Positions 50,494-60,835 of a DNA stretch of 64,000 nt are shown here, one piece after another. Each line of letters begins with the position of its first letter. The stretch's first letter is position 1. The stretch is taken from the NCBI GenBank assembly GCA_965218795.1, contig OZ244653.1, positions 4,832,001 through 4,896,000 of the forward strand, in the 5' to 3' direction. The notes under the pieces were generated by a model. The model was not told where the DNA came from and did not search any database. It was given only the letters and a program-made list of their open reading frames with translations. The DNA comes from a bacterium. GTDB taxonomy: Bacteria; UBA8248; JACPRG01; G963555815. Both the position numbers and the translations under genes were made by a program.

Positions 50494-52275
50494 ATGTCCC
50501 AACCTGATTCCCGGATCCGTGTGGACCCGATGGACGTCGCCGTCCTTCGGCACAAGATCCTCTATGTATCCGACATGATGGGAAACATCCTCAAGCACTC
50601 AGGGCAATGCTTCATCCTGATGGAGTGCAACGATTTCTCCCCAGGCGTTTTCGATGCCCGGGGCCGGCTTCTGTCCGTCAAGACCTGGATGCCCCTGCAC
50701 GTGGCCGTGGCCAAGGAACAGGTCAGGCCCATCGTCGAGCGATTCAAGGGGAACATTCATCCCGGCGATGTCTTCCTGGCCAACGACCCGTACCTGGCCA
50801 GCGGTTCTCACCTGCCCGACTGGTCCCTCATCCGGCCGGTTTTCTACGAAGACGAGCTGATGTTTTTCACCCTGCTCAAGGGACACATGCAGGACACGGG
50901 GGGCGCATTTCCGGGCGGATACTATCCCGGCGCATACGACATCCACAGCGAAGGGATCCGGATCGATTATGTGAAGATCTACGAACGGGGCGAGCGGCAG
51001 CCCGTCTATGACTTCATCCTGAACAACGTGCGCTGGCCTGACGTGGTCGCCATGGACAATCTGTCCATGATGGGGGCGACCCAGCGCGGAGCGGACGAAT
51101 TGGTCGAGGTCTGCAGGAAGCTGGGGACGGAGAACGCGCGGACGTGCATCGAGGCCCTGCTGGATTCCTCAGAGCAGTCGATGCGCGCCGAAATCGCCGA
51201 AATCCCGGACGGCGCCTATTACGGCGAGCACGCCTGTGATTGGGACGGGACGACCGACAAACCGGTCTGGGTGAGACTCAACCTCACCATCCGGGGGGAC
51301 GAGATGGTCGTCGACTGGTCGGAGAGCGACAGGCAGGTTGACTTCATCAATACGCCCACTGCCGTGGCCCACGCCTGCACCTACATCCCCATCCTCATGT
51401 CGGTCAACCCGGACATCAATTTCAATGCGGGCAGTTGCCGGCCCATCGAGATCATCACGCCCAAGGGGACCGTGGTGAATCCGAGCTACCCGGTCAACAT
51501 CGGAGCTTGCAACAACCATTTGGGAAACGAGCTCATCTTCGCGGTCTTCATGGCTCTGGGAAAGGCGATGCCCCGAAAGGTGAGCGCCATGTGGGCCAAT
51601 CACGTTTCGTTCGTGACGTTTGGGGACGATACGCGAGAGGTGGACCCGGATACCGGAATGTACAAAAGGTTTTTCTTCACCGTTTTCGGTCCGGGCGGGG
51701 GAAGCGGGGCCATCTGGGGCCACGACGGCTGGCCGCATGTGGCCCCCCCGATCATGGCCGGGGGGCTGATGAAGAATACGGTGGAAATTACAGAAATCAT
51801 GACGCCGTGGCGAATCGACCAGTACGGCTTTCTTCAGGACTCCGCAGGGGCGGGCCGATGGCGCGGCGGCCTCGGCACGCACTATGAAATGGTCGACGAT
51901 CACGGCGGCAGGGTCTTCGTCAACACCGGCACCTGCTCGGGACAGAAATTCCGCCCCTTCGGACAGGACGGCGGAAAGGAGGGGATCTATCACGATCTGT
52001 ACTTCGTCAGAGAGGGGGAGCGGATCCCCTTCCGCACCATGTCCCAGGTCCGCTACGAAAACGGCGATATCCTCGTCGGAAAGACAAGCGGGGGCGGAGG
52101 TGTCGGCGATCCCCATGAGAGGCCGGCGGAGCTTGTGCGGGACGATGTTTTGAACGATCTGGTCTCGATCCAGGCGGCTCGGGAGGATTACGGCGTGGTC
52201 ATGGATCCCGACACCCTGGAAGTAGACGGTGAAACCACACAGGAGCTCCGGGCCAGGGGAGGGGACTCGGACTAG
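50494..52275 (+). CDS. Hydantoinase B/oxoprolinase-family subunit (stand-alone)
   Basis: NDPYLASGSHLPD, HMQDTGG, GAGRWRGG, GGGGVGDPHERP. Confidence 0.92.
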   Translation: MSQPDSRIRVDPMDVAVLRHKILYVSDMMGNILKHSGQCFILMECNDFSPGVFDARGRLLSVKTWMPLHVAVAKEQVRPIVERFKGNIHPGDVFLANDPYLASGSHLPDWSLIRPVFYEDELMFFTLLKGHMQDTGGAFPGGYYPGAYDIHSEGIRIDYVKIYERGERQPVYDFILNNVRWPDVVAMDNLSMMGATQRGADELVEVCRKLGTENARTCIEALLDSSEQSMRAEIAEIPDGAYYGEHACDWDGTTDKPVWVRLNLTIRGDEMVVDWSESDRQVDFINTPTAVAHACTYIPILMSVNPDINFNAGSCRPIEIITPKGTVVNPSYPVNIGACNNHLGNELIFAVFMALGKAMPRKVSAMWANHVSFVTFGDDTREVDPDTGMYKRFFFTVFGPGGGSGAIWGHDGWPHVAPPIMAGGLMKNTVEITEIMTPWRIDQYGFLQDSAGAGRWRGGLGTHYEMVDDHGGRVFVNTGTCSGQKFRPFGQDGGKEGIYHDLYFVREGERIPFRTMSQVRYENGDILVGKTSGGGGVGDPHERPAELVRDDVLNDLVSIQAAREDYGVVMDPDTLEVDGETTQELRARGGDSD

Positions 52276-52299
52276 GCCTCTCCCTCCGCTCCGTTCGAA

Positions 52300-52635
52300 G
52301 TCCCGTGGATCCGGGCTTCCATAGGAAATGATACGCTTGACGAGCCAGGCCTTTTGGGGGATTCCCGCCCTCTGACGAAAGCCTTCGGGGATAAGTCCCG
52401 CAGGAATGACAGGCTGTTGTGCGGGGACCTCGTTTGCCATTCCCGCCCCCGATTAAAGCCTTCGAGGGCAGGCTGCAGCGGGAATCCACTCCCTAACTGA
52501 AACACTCGGGGACAAGCCCCCGACTAAAGCCTTCGGGGACAGGCGAGATCCGGTCGCCCCTGCGTGCCTCTGGGCAGGGGTCCACATCCCCCTCCCTCTG
52601 CATCCACCGGGGGGCAGGCCAGCGGGAATCCATCT
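52300..52635. repeat. Palindromic repeat cluster, inverted relative to the 22.6 and 25.7 kb copies
   Basis: Three AAAGCCTTCG(G/A)GG modules; CCCGATTAAAGCCTTCGAGGGCAGGCTGCAGCGGGAATCCA closely matches the reverse complement of the 25.7 kb unit. Confidence 0.8.
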
Positions 52636-52828
52636 CGACGGAGAAACCGACTTACGCGGCGCCTGACGGTCTCGAGGCGGGGTACGGGTCCACGGCAATC
52701 TCCGGAGAACGATATTCCTGGCCGGTCAAGCGTATCATTCCCATTTTCTTCTTGATCCGATGATCGGCATGTTTGACGCTTTGTATCGGCTTTTTTGTTC
52801 ACGCGTATGGAAAAGAGGAAACATTTGA

Positions 52829-53821
52829 TTGAAGGAGGACGAATCCTACACGTTCCGGGCGGGTGACAAGGATCAGGGGCAAAGGCTGGACATCTTCCTG
52901 GCCATGCACCCGGAGGCCCCGGATTGGTCACGGGCCGGCGTTCAGCGGCTCATTCGGACGCGACAGGTGCGCGTGGAAAGTCCGGGAGTCAAAGGGGCGC
53001 CGGTTGCTGGGTTCGAGGAATCCAGTCGAAAGCAGAAGGCCCCCAGGCCGGGAATGCTCCTCCATGCGGGAGATTGCGTCTTTGTAACGCTTCCCCCTCC
53101 CGAGCCGATGGAGGCCGTGCCGGAGGAAATCCCCCTTGAGGTGCTGTATGAGGACGATCATCTGGTTGTTGTGAACAAGCCCCCCGGCCTGGTCGTTCAT
53201 CCGGCGGCGGGTCATGCGCGGGGGACACTGGTGAATGCCTTGTTGGCTCGAATCCCCGATTTGGCGGGAATCGGAGGAAAGGTTCGTCCCGGCCTCGTCC
53301 ATAGGCTGGATAAGGACACCTCCGGGCTGATGGTGGCCGCAAAAAACGAGCGGACGCTGAAATCCCTGCAATCGGCGTTACAACAAAGACGAATCGGACG
53401 TCTTTACCGGGCGCTCGCCTGGGGGAGGTTTCCTGAGGAGGGGCGGGTCGAAGGAGATATTGGCCGGCATCCGCTCCACCGAAAGAAAATGGCCGTGGTG
53501 GAGGGGGGGAAACCCTCTGTGACGCACTTTCGTGTGCTGGAGCGGTTCGGTCAGCGGGTCCTGCTGGAGGTCCGTCTGGAAACCGGACGTACGCATCAGA
53601 TTCGCGTTCATCTGGCGCACCGGGGAACGCCTGTGATCGGAGACAAGGTGTACGGCGTTTCCCACCGGGGGGACCCGCCCATGGACCGGCAGGCCCTTCA
53701 CGCCTATCGGTTGACGTTCGATCATCCCGCAACCGGACAGCCTTTGGGATTCGAGGCGCCTCCGCCCGGGGATTTTCAACAGGCCCTTGATTTTCTTCGG
53801 TCGAAGGGTCCGGCCGACTGA
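52829..53821 (+). CDS. rluD: RluA/RluD-family pseudouridine synthase
   Basis: S4-like N-terminus, NKPPGLVVHP, HRLDKDTSG, TGRTHQIRVH. Confidence 0.9.
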   Translation: MKEDESYTFRAGDKDQGQRLDIFLAMHPEAPDWSRAGVQRLIRTRQVRVESPGVKGAPVAGFEESSRKQKAPRPGMLLHAGDCVFVTLPPPEPMEAVPEEIPLEVLYEDDHLVVVNKPPGLVVHPAAGHARGTLVNALLARIPDLAGIGGKVRPGLVHRLDKDTSGLMVAAKNERTLKSLQSALQQRRIGRLYRALAWGRFPEEGRVEGDIGRHPLHRKKMAVVEGGKPSVTHFRVLERFGQRVLLEVRLETGRTHQIRVHLAHRGTPVIGDKVYGVSHRGDPPMDRQALHAYRLTFDHPATGQPLGFEAPPPGDFQQALDFLRSKGPAD

Positions 53822-53894
53822 CGCTTCGGCGGGATGACGGGGATCAGCCCAATTGAATATCGGGACATCCGAGAGGAACAGAGCGGTTTCCAAC

Positions 53895-54328
53895 CCTGAT
53901 AAGGACCCGGGGGCATTTTCCCCGCCCGTTCTCCTGCATTGCAGGAACCCGGAGTCCGCCGATGCGGTCCACCGAGTGGAAGTGTTCGGTCCGGTGGCGA
54001 CCGTAATGGGATTTGCGGACGCGGAATCGGCCATCCGGCTCGCCCGGATGGGGGGAGTCCGGCGGCTTCCGTTTTCAGCGAGGACGAAGAATTCGTTCAC
54101 ACCCTCACGTTCGGCATGGCCCCTTACCACGGCCGGCTGATGGTCACGAACGAGGCGGGGTCCAGGGAATCCACGCGGCACGGTACAGCGATGCCCCAGT
54201 TGGTCCACGGCGGACCGGGCCGCGCGGGCGGCGAGGAGCTCGGCGGGCTCCGCTGCGTTCACCGGTTCACGTTGCGCGCGGCCCTGCAAGGGAGCCCGGA
54301 GAGGCTTGAGGCGCTTTGCTCGGGATGA
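53895..54328 (+). pseudogene. C-terminal relic of a BoxD/PaaZ-type CoA-semialdehyde dehydrogenase
   Basis: VHRVEVFGPVAT, frameshift, APYHGRL, HGTAMPQLVHGGPGRAGGEELGGLR. Confidence 0.78.
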
Positions 54329-54499
54329 GAATGGATGAGGGCGGACACGGCCTGCTTCGGTCTCGCCGGGCATAGGATTCGGATGATCCCCGATGCTTTC
54401 GTCCGGCCCGGCTGAGGCGCGTCGCCTCAGCCGCGAAATCGCAGGGGCGCATTGCCCCCAAAGAGCGCCCCCGGAAGATGAGGCATTTCTCTATCGAAA

Positions 54500-54688
54500 T
54501 CATTTTTTCGGTTCAATCACTTCAATGTATCGTTTCTCCAGTGCCTCCGCTTCATCGACCAGCACCTGAAGCCGTTCACGATCCTCCGGCGTCTTGGAGA
54601 AATCCTCCTTGTACAGTTGAAGCTGTGCGATGAGGCTCTTCAGTTGTGACTGAATCGCGGTTCGGGCGGTGTCCCTGCGCTTGCTCAT
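54500..54688 (-). CDS. Small hypothetical helical protein
   Basis: GGAG SD, 62-aa coiled-coil-like ORF. Confidence 0.55.
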   Translation of the reverse strand: MSKRRDTARTAIQSQLKSLIAQLQLYKEDFSKTPEDRERLQVLVDEAEALEKRYIEVIEPKK

Positions 54689-54825
54689 GGCGTTCTCCGG
54701 CTCCTGGAGATCTTGTCCGGATCATCGTTTCCGTTGGTCCGTTCATTCATCATAAGCCTCCGGGCGGCCCGTGTCTTGGCCCTCGGGGATGCCGGTCCAT
54801 TGCCGTTGGGGGATGACGCGGGCTG

Positions 54826-55692
54826 TTGGCGGTGAAACCGGCCTCCTGCGACGCCCCGTCACCTGAAGGAACACGGGTATTGCTGATTCCGGATTTCGAA
54901 ACCGGTCTGTATCTGGATGAGTTTCCATATCTCCGGATAGGCCGGGGGGCCGGGAAACTTGTCGTTCTCCCGGGACTCGGCGACGGCCTTCAGGACGTTC
55001 GGAAGGGACCGCGGAGGACCGCCTGGTTTTACCGAAGGTATACCCGCGATTTCACAGTCTTCCTCGTCAGCCGGCGGCGCGGGCTGCATGACGGAATGAC
55101 CATTGGCCTCATGGCGGATGATTACGCCCGCGTGATGACGGAATGCATCGGCCCGGCCAGCGTCATGGGCATCTCGATGGGAGGGCTCATCGCCGAGGAC
55201 TTGGCGGCGGAATGCCCCCATCTCGTTCGCCGCCTGGTTCTGGCGGCCACGGCCCACCGCGCGGGTCCCAACGGTGAAGAGCTTGGAGGGCGTTGGATCG
55301 CCTGGGCCAGGGAGGGGAGATGGCCGGACGTCTGCCGGGAACTCGCCGAGGTCACCTTCAACGGCTGCCGGAAGGGGCTCTACACGCGGCGGCTGCCGCT
55401 GCTCGTTCGATGCAAGGGCCAAAAACCGGCAAATCCGGCCGACTTCGCCACATCCGTCCGGGCCTGCCTGACGCACGATGCCGCGGAACGGCTCTCCTCC
55501 ATTCAGGCCCCCACGCTGGTCATCGCCGGAACGCGGGACGGGTTTTTCCCCGAAGTCCTGATCCGGGAGATGGCGAAGCATATTCCCGATGTTCAGGTTT
55601 TCTTGATGGAAGGTACGGGTCACGGCCTGTTTGTGGAACGGAAACGCAGATTCGACCGCATCGTTGCAGCGTTTCTGAGCGACCGCGCTTGA
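54826..55692 (+). CDS. Alpha/beta hydrolase
   Basis: GISMGG nucleophile elbow, GTRD, GHG; start uncertain. Confidence 0.85.
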   Translation: MAVKPASCDAPSPEGTRVLLIPDFETGLYLDEFPYLRIGRGAGKLVVLPGLGDGLQDVRKGPRRTAWFYRRYTRDFTVFLVSRRRGLHDGMTIGLMADDYARVMTECIGPASVMGISMGGLIAEDLAAECPHLVRRLVLAATAHRAGPNGEELGGRWIAWAREGRWPDVCRELAEVTFNGCRKGLYTRRLPLLVRCKGQKPANPADFATSVRACLTHDAAERLSSIQAPTLVIAGTRDGFFPEVLIREMAKHIPDVQVFLMEGTGHGLFVERKRRFDRIVAAFLSDRA

Positions 55693-55867
55693 TGCAGGCA
55701 TGGTCCGATTTTCGTGTCCATATACGGACCCGCCAAGCCTGGGTCCGTGCAGATCCGGGCCATTTTCACCTTGACCACCAGCTTTTCCATTCTCTAGACT
55801 AATTGATTATGGGATACTCTTGACAACGTGAAACCCCCGTGGTTCGGACCGACCAGGAGGAATCTCG

Positions 55868-56911
55868 ATGCAGGAAGGCGCGCTTTGGCCGGTGCTTCGA
55901 GAGTACTGGCACCCGGTCGCCTTTGCCGACGACCTGAATGACGGGCCGATTTCCGTCCATCTCCTGGATGAGCGGGTGGCCGTTTGCCGGCTGGGGGACG
56001 ACGTCAAGGCCTTCTATGACCTGTGCATCCACCGGGGAACCCCGCTCTCGCTGGGCTGGGTCGACGGGGACCAGCTCGTCTGCGCCTACCACGGCTGGAG
56101 CTATACGGGAGACGGCAGATGCACGCGGATTCCGTCCGTTCCTGATGAGCATCCGATTCCCAAGAAGGCGTGCCTGACCCCTTATCACGCCGCCGAGCGC
56201 TACGGCCTCGTCTGGGTCTGCATGGCGGATGAGCCAAGGGCCCCCATCCCTGATTTCCCGGAATACGGCGACCCCGATTGCACCATCTTCTTTCGGCAAA
56301 GGAAGCACTGGGGCTGCACCGCGGCCCGGTCCATCGAGAATTTCGTCGACTTCGGGCACTTCCCCTGGGTGCATGAGGGGATCCTGGGCGATCGCGCAGA
56401 ATCGCTTGTCGATCTAGTGGAGATCCGGCGCGAGGAGGAATCTCTTCTATTCGGAATCCAGAACATCCCCGACGCCCTCCATGCCGTTTCCCATTCGCGA
56501 AACTACCGGCTGACCCGGCCGTTTACGATTTACCAATGGAAGATTGAAGAGAGCGGACAGAGGGAAGTCTACTTCTATTGCAATACGCCCCATACGAAAC
56601 AGAGTTGCACGCGATATCTGATCGTGGGCCGGAACTACGACCTGGACGCCCCGGAGATCACCCGGGGGCCGTTCAAGATCGAGGGAGATCGACTCCAATC
56701 GGAGCGGAACGGCGGGGGCGCGCCGATTCCGCACTACGTGCAAAGGCTGGATATCATCGCGGACCAGGATCAGCCGATTGTCGAGAACCAGCGGCCTTGG
56801 GAGCTGCCGCTGGATCTCGCGGAGGAGCTTCATCTCAAAGGTCCGGATGCCGTCGCCGTTGCGTACCGGCGTTTCATGCGGGAGTTGGGCGTTGATGTGG
56901 ATGAGGCCTAG
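55868..56911 (+). CDS. Rieske non-heme iron oxygenase alpha subunit (VanA/NdmA-like)
   Basis: CIHRG...CAYHGW Rieske motif, ENFVDFGHFPWVH mononuclear Fe motif. Confidence 0.93.
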   Translation: MQEGALWPVLREYWHPVAFADDLNDGPISVHLLDERVAVCRLGDDVKAFYDLCIHRGTPLSLGWVDGDQLVCAYHGWSYTGDGRCTRIPSVPDEHPIPKKACLTPYHAAERYGLVWVCMADEPRAPIPDFPEYGDPDCTIFFRQRKHWGCTAARSIENFVDFGHFPWVHEGILGDRAESLVDLVEIRREEESLLFGIQNIPDALHAVSHSRNYRLTRPFTIYQWKIEESGQREVYFYCNTPHTKQSCTRYLIVGRNYDLDAPEITRGPFKIEGDRLQSERNGGGAPIPHYVQRLDIIADQDQPIVENQRPWELPLDLAEELHLKGPDAVAVAYRRFMRELGVDVDEA

Positions 56912-56972
56912 TCAGGGGACGGACGCCCGGCTTCGGCTTCCGGCAGGTCGAGTATTTCATGGAGGGTGGAAA

Positions 56973-58034
56973 ATGAGAGGACGATTAACGTTTCGGGTGG
57001 CTTTTCTGTTTCTGGCCTTGTCCGCGTTCGTGTTTTCGCGGGCGGGCACTGCGTCAGCCGAGAAGGTGACGCTTGCCTTCGACTGGCTGACGTACGGGAA
57101 GATGGCGCCTTTCTACACCGGAAACACCCAGGGGTTCTATAAGAAGGAAAACCTGGAAGTCAAAATGGTCCGGGGGTTCGGGTCCATTGACACGGCCAAG
57201 CGCGTCGGGGCCAAGCAGCTGGAGTTCGGGATGAGCACCCTGACCGACACCATCGAGATCCGCACGCGCGGCAGTAAAGTCAAGACGATTTGGATCTTTT
57301 TCCACGACACCCCGGGCGTTGTGCTCTTCCTCAAGGGGAAGGGGATCAACAAACCCAAGGACCTCGAAGGACGGACCATCGGCGGACCCCTGGCGACGGA
57401 TTCATGGGTGCTGTTTCCGCTCTTTGCCAAGGCGCAGGGAATCGACCTGGCCAAGGTGAAACACATCAACATGCGGCCCTCGGACGTCTATCCGGCGCTG
57501 GCGGGCGGCAGGGTCGATTCCGTCCACAGTTGGGTCACGGTCATCCCGGCGGTGTCGCGGATCATCAAGCAGAAAGGGATGAGCGAGAAAGACCTTGGCA
57601 TGTTCCGGTATGTGGAAGGCGGCGTGAGTCTCTACTCTCAGGATGTTGTGGCCCATGAAGACACGATCAATAACAATCCGGACTTGGTCAGGCGCATGGT
57701 TCGCGCGCTCACGCGGTCGAAGGTCTGGTCCATCGAGAATCCCGAGGGGGCGCTGGAGGCCTTTTGGAAGACGAAACCGGCGCTGAAGGCCACCTCCGCA
57801 GCGGCCAACCGGGCGGAGCTCAAAGTGAGCATGGCCCTCTTCAAGGACAAGTACGTAGAGAAGTTTGGGCAGGGGTTCCCGGTCCGGGAGAAGGTGGTCT
57901 TCACCCAAAATGCTTTCACTGATGCCAAGGGCCTGCCGAAGGAGCCCGTGGACAACATCTATACCGACAAATTTGTCAAGGGTCTGTCCAAGGCGGACAA
58001 GTTCCCGAAGAAATGGGGGGTGTTCAAGAACTAA
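56973..58034 (+). CDS. SsuA/THI5(NMT1)-like ABC substrate-binding protein
   Basis: Signal peptide, FDW, GFYKKENLEV, KPKDLEGRTIG. Confidence 0.88.
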   Translation: MRGRLTFRVAFLFLALSAFVFSRAGTASAEKVTLAFDWLTYGKMAPFYTGNTQGFYKKENLEVKMVRGFGSIDTAKRVGAKQLEFGMSTLTDTIEIRTRGSKVKTIWIFFHDTPGVVLFLKGKGINKPKDLEGRTIGGPLATDSWVLFPLFAKAQGIDLAKVKHINMRPSDVYPALAGGRVDSVHSWVTVIPAVSRIIKQKGMSEKDLGMFRYVEGGVSLYSQDVVAHEDTINNNPDLVRRMVRALTRSKVWSIENPEGALEAFWKTKPALKATSAAANRAELKVSMALFKDKYVEKFGQGFPVREKVVFTQNAFTDAKGLPKEPVDNIYTDKFVKGLSKADKFPKKWGVFKN

Positions 58035-58145
58035 TTCAGAGAAGAGCTTAGGGATGTTGAAATGGAGGGCTTTCCGGCCGCCCGGTGAATCGGCGCGGGC
58101 GGCCGGGAAACTCCTCCTTTGCCCTTTCGGGAGAGTGGCGCGCTG

Positions 58146-58928
58146 ATGTCCAATCGAAAGTTCATCCTGCCGATCGTCTTCTTCGTAGTCAGTGTTCTTT
58201 TGTGGGAAGGTGTCGTCCGGTTTTTTGGCGTGCCGGAATTCATATTTCCTACGCCGAGCAAGGTCGTCAAGTTTTACTACGAGCTCGGGTATACCCTGAT
58301 GTGGGACACGGTGGCGACGGTCTCAGAAACCTTGCTAGGGTTTGCGCTCGCCGCGGTGCTCGGTGTTCTGCTGGCGATTGCGCTGGTCTATTCCTCTTTT
58401 CTGTATGATTTGATGTATCCGCCCCTGGTGGTGCTTCAGGTTACGCCCAAGATTGCCATCGCGCCCCTGCTCCTCCTGTGGTTCGGGTATGGCTACCTGC
58501 CGAAGATCATGATCGGCTTCTTCATCTCTTTCTTTCCCGTTGTCGTCACGACCGTCCACGGGTTGACCTCGGTCGAGCCCGAGATGCTGGATCTGCTCCA
58601 CTCGCTGCGGGCGAGCAAGTGGAAGATCTTCCGGAAGGCCCGAATTCCCCACGCCCTGCCGTACATGTTCAGCGGGTTCCAGATCGCGATCACCCTGTCG
58701 CTCATCGGGGCGATCGTGGCGGAGTTCGTCGGCGCCGAGCTCGGGCTGGGCTTCAAGATCGTGTACTCCCAGTATTCGGCCAACACGCCGATGCTCTTCT
58801 CGGCCCTGGGCCTGCTCGCGGTCGCTGGGTTGATTCTCTTCTATCTGGTTCAGTTGATAGAGCGCCTGGCGACTCCCTGGCGGACGCTGAAAAAGGAAAA
58901 AGAGTTCGGGGCGACGGGCTTCCTGTAG
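58146..58928 (+). CDS. NitT/TauT-type ABC permease
   Basis: PKIAIAPL, IGAIVAEFVGAELGLG. Confidence 0.92.
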   Translation: MSNRKFILPIVFFVVSVLLWEGVVRFFGVPEFIFPTPSKVVKFYYELGYTLMWDTVATVSETLLGFALAAVLGVLLAIALVYSSFLYDLMYPPLVVLQVTPKIAIAPLLLLWFGYGYLPKIMIGFFISFFPVVVTTVHGLTSVEPEMLDLLHSLRASKWKIFRKARIPHALPYMFSGFQIAITLSLIGAIVAEFVGAELGLGFKIVYSQYSANTPMLFSALGLLAVAGLILFYLVQLIERLATPWRTLKKEKEFGATGFL

Positions 58929-58968
58929 GTCCTTACATCCGGATGGATGGGTTCTCTGTTGCAATGAG

Positions 58969-59778
58969 GTGAGAATCGTCGTGGCGGGACGAGCCGTCAT
59001 CGAGCTTGAAAAGGTCAAGATGCTCTACGAATCCAAGGTGGCGCGCCGGGAGGCCGTCTTGGCCCTGGAGGATGCGTCGTTCGACGTCCGGGAAGGGGAA
59101 TTCGTGGCGCTCGTGGGTCCCAGCGGCTGCGGCAAGAGCACGATCCTCAAGCTCGTCTCCGGGCTGATGCCTCCCACCGCGGGAGCCGTCCGGGTGAACG
59201 GACATGAGGTGCGGGGCCCCCAGCCGGACCTCGGGATCGTTTTTCAGATGCCGGTCCTGATGGAATGGAGGCGCGTCATCGATAACATCCTCCTGCCCAT
59301 CGAGGTCCTGGAATACAACGATACCGATTACAAGAACCGGGCCCAGGACCTGGTGGACCTGGTCGGCCTCCGGGGGTTCGAGGACCGTTACCCCTTCGAG
59401 CTCTCCGGCGGGATGCAGCAGCGGGTCTCGATCTGCCGCTCTCTTATTCACGACCCGCCCGGGCTCATCATGGACGAGCCCTTCAGCGCGCTCGACGAGA
59501 TGACCCGGGATCATATGAACGTCGAGCTTCAGCGTATCTGGCTCGAGCGAAGGAAAACCGTCCTGTACATCACGCACAGCATCAGCGAGTCGGTCTTCCT
59601 GGCCGACAGGGTGGCCGTGATGTCGCCGCGTCCGGGGCGCATCCTGAAGGTTGTCGATATCCGGTTCCCTCGTCCCAGGAGCCTTCGGGTGCGAGCTACG
59701 CAGGAGTTCGTGGAGAAGGTGGAGAATATCCGCGAGATGCTGGGGTTGAACGAGGAGCCGGGGGGAGCGGAAGGATAA
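58969..59778 (+). CDS. NitT/TauT-type ABC ATPase
   Basis: GPSGCGKST, LSGGMQQR, DEPFSALD. Confidence 0.94.
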   Translation: MRIVVAGRAVIELEKVKMLYESKVARREAVLALEDASFDVREGEFVALVGPSGCGKSTILKLVSGLMPPTAGAVRVNGHEVRGPQPDLGIVFQMPVLMEWRRVIDNILLPIEVLEYNDTDYKNRAQDLVDLVGLRGFEDRYPFELSGGMQQRVSICRSLIHDPPGLIMDEPFSALDEMTRDHMNVELQRIWLERRKTVLYITHSISESVFLADRVAVMSPRPGRILKVVDIRFPRPRSLRVRATQEFVEKVENIREMLGLNEEPGGAEG

Positions 59779-59814
59779 CCCCCTCTCCGAATCCCGGAAA
59801 AATCGAGATACACA

Positions 59815-60020
59815 GCGGCGGCCGCCGCGGCCTGCGAAAACTGGAACACCAAGGCTTTTTCAAGGCCGCCACGCTTGAGGTCGTAGCGAATTGCCTCAAG
59901 GTCGGGGCGAGACCAAACGCGCGGAACAAACACGGCCGCACCCCTCTGCACTTGTCGGCCACGCTCAACCAAAACCCCGCTATCATCACCGTGCTGGTCA
60001 AGGCCGGAGCCGCCCCCGAC
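59815..60020 (+). pseudogene. Frameshifted ankyrin-repeat protein relic
   Basis: Across frames: CENWNT(K)AFFKAATLEVVANCLKVGA, PNARNKHGRTPLHLSA, AIITVLVKAGA. Confidence 0.7.
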
Positions 60021-60072
60021 AGCGGCGGAACGGAACGCTCTTGTGGCACAGAAAACCCTCCGCCGAGAGTAA

Positions 60073-60720
60073 TCCTTAGTCGCAATCGATGCAGACGAAC
60101 CCCCGTTTAAGGTCCCGAGCGGATGGGAATGGTCACGCATCGGAGATGCGGTGCTTTTCACCCAGTACGGCACATCAACAAAGGCCTCCCCTTCGGAGCA
60201 AGGCGTTCCCGTGCTTACCATGGGCAATATCCAGGACGGCTTGGTCGTTTGGTGGAATGAAAAGAGGATTCCGGACACGGCGGAAGAACTTCCCGCATTG
60301 TACCTGAAGCAGTTTGACTTGCTATATAACCGGACCAACAGTGCGGAACCTGTGGGGAAGACAGGCATCTACCTCGGCGAAGATGATTGTCGGACGTTTG
60401 CCTCTTCTCTGATTCGCATACGGGTTTCCTGTGAGCACTTCTCCCCCCATTTCCTTAATTTGACAATGAACACGTCTGGGTTTCGTGAAACCCAGATCGT
60501 GCCGCTGATTAAGAAGCAAACGGGACAAGCGAATGTTAACGGGACTGCATTGAAGCACATGTTGGTTCCCGTTTCACCCCTTGCCGAGCAGTACCGCATC
60601 GTCGCCAAGGTCGATGAACTGATGGCCGTCTGCGACCGGCTGGAAGCAAGCCTCGCCACCGGGGAGGAGGCCTGCAGCCTCCTGATCGACGCCCTTTTGC
60701 ACGAGGCGCTTGCCGCCTAA
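60073..60720 (+). pseudogene. C-terminal half of a type I restriction-modification specificity subunit (HsdS)
   Basis: PFKVPSGWEWSRIG, one TRD, PLAEQYRIVAKVDELMAVCDRLE; in-frame TAA at 60070; no hsdM or hsdR nearby. Confidence 0.82.
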
Positions 60721-60835
60721 CGCCCCTCCCGACTTCCACATCCGCGCACGCCTGAAAACCATATCGCGGGGCGAGTTCCCGCTTGACCTCTTCCGTAGTG
60801 GACCTCCGCTTAATGCCGCGGGGGTGACAAGATGC

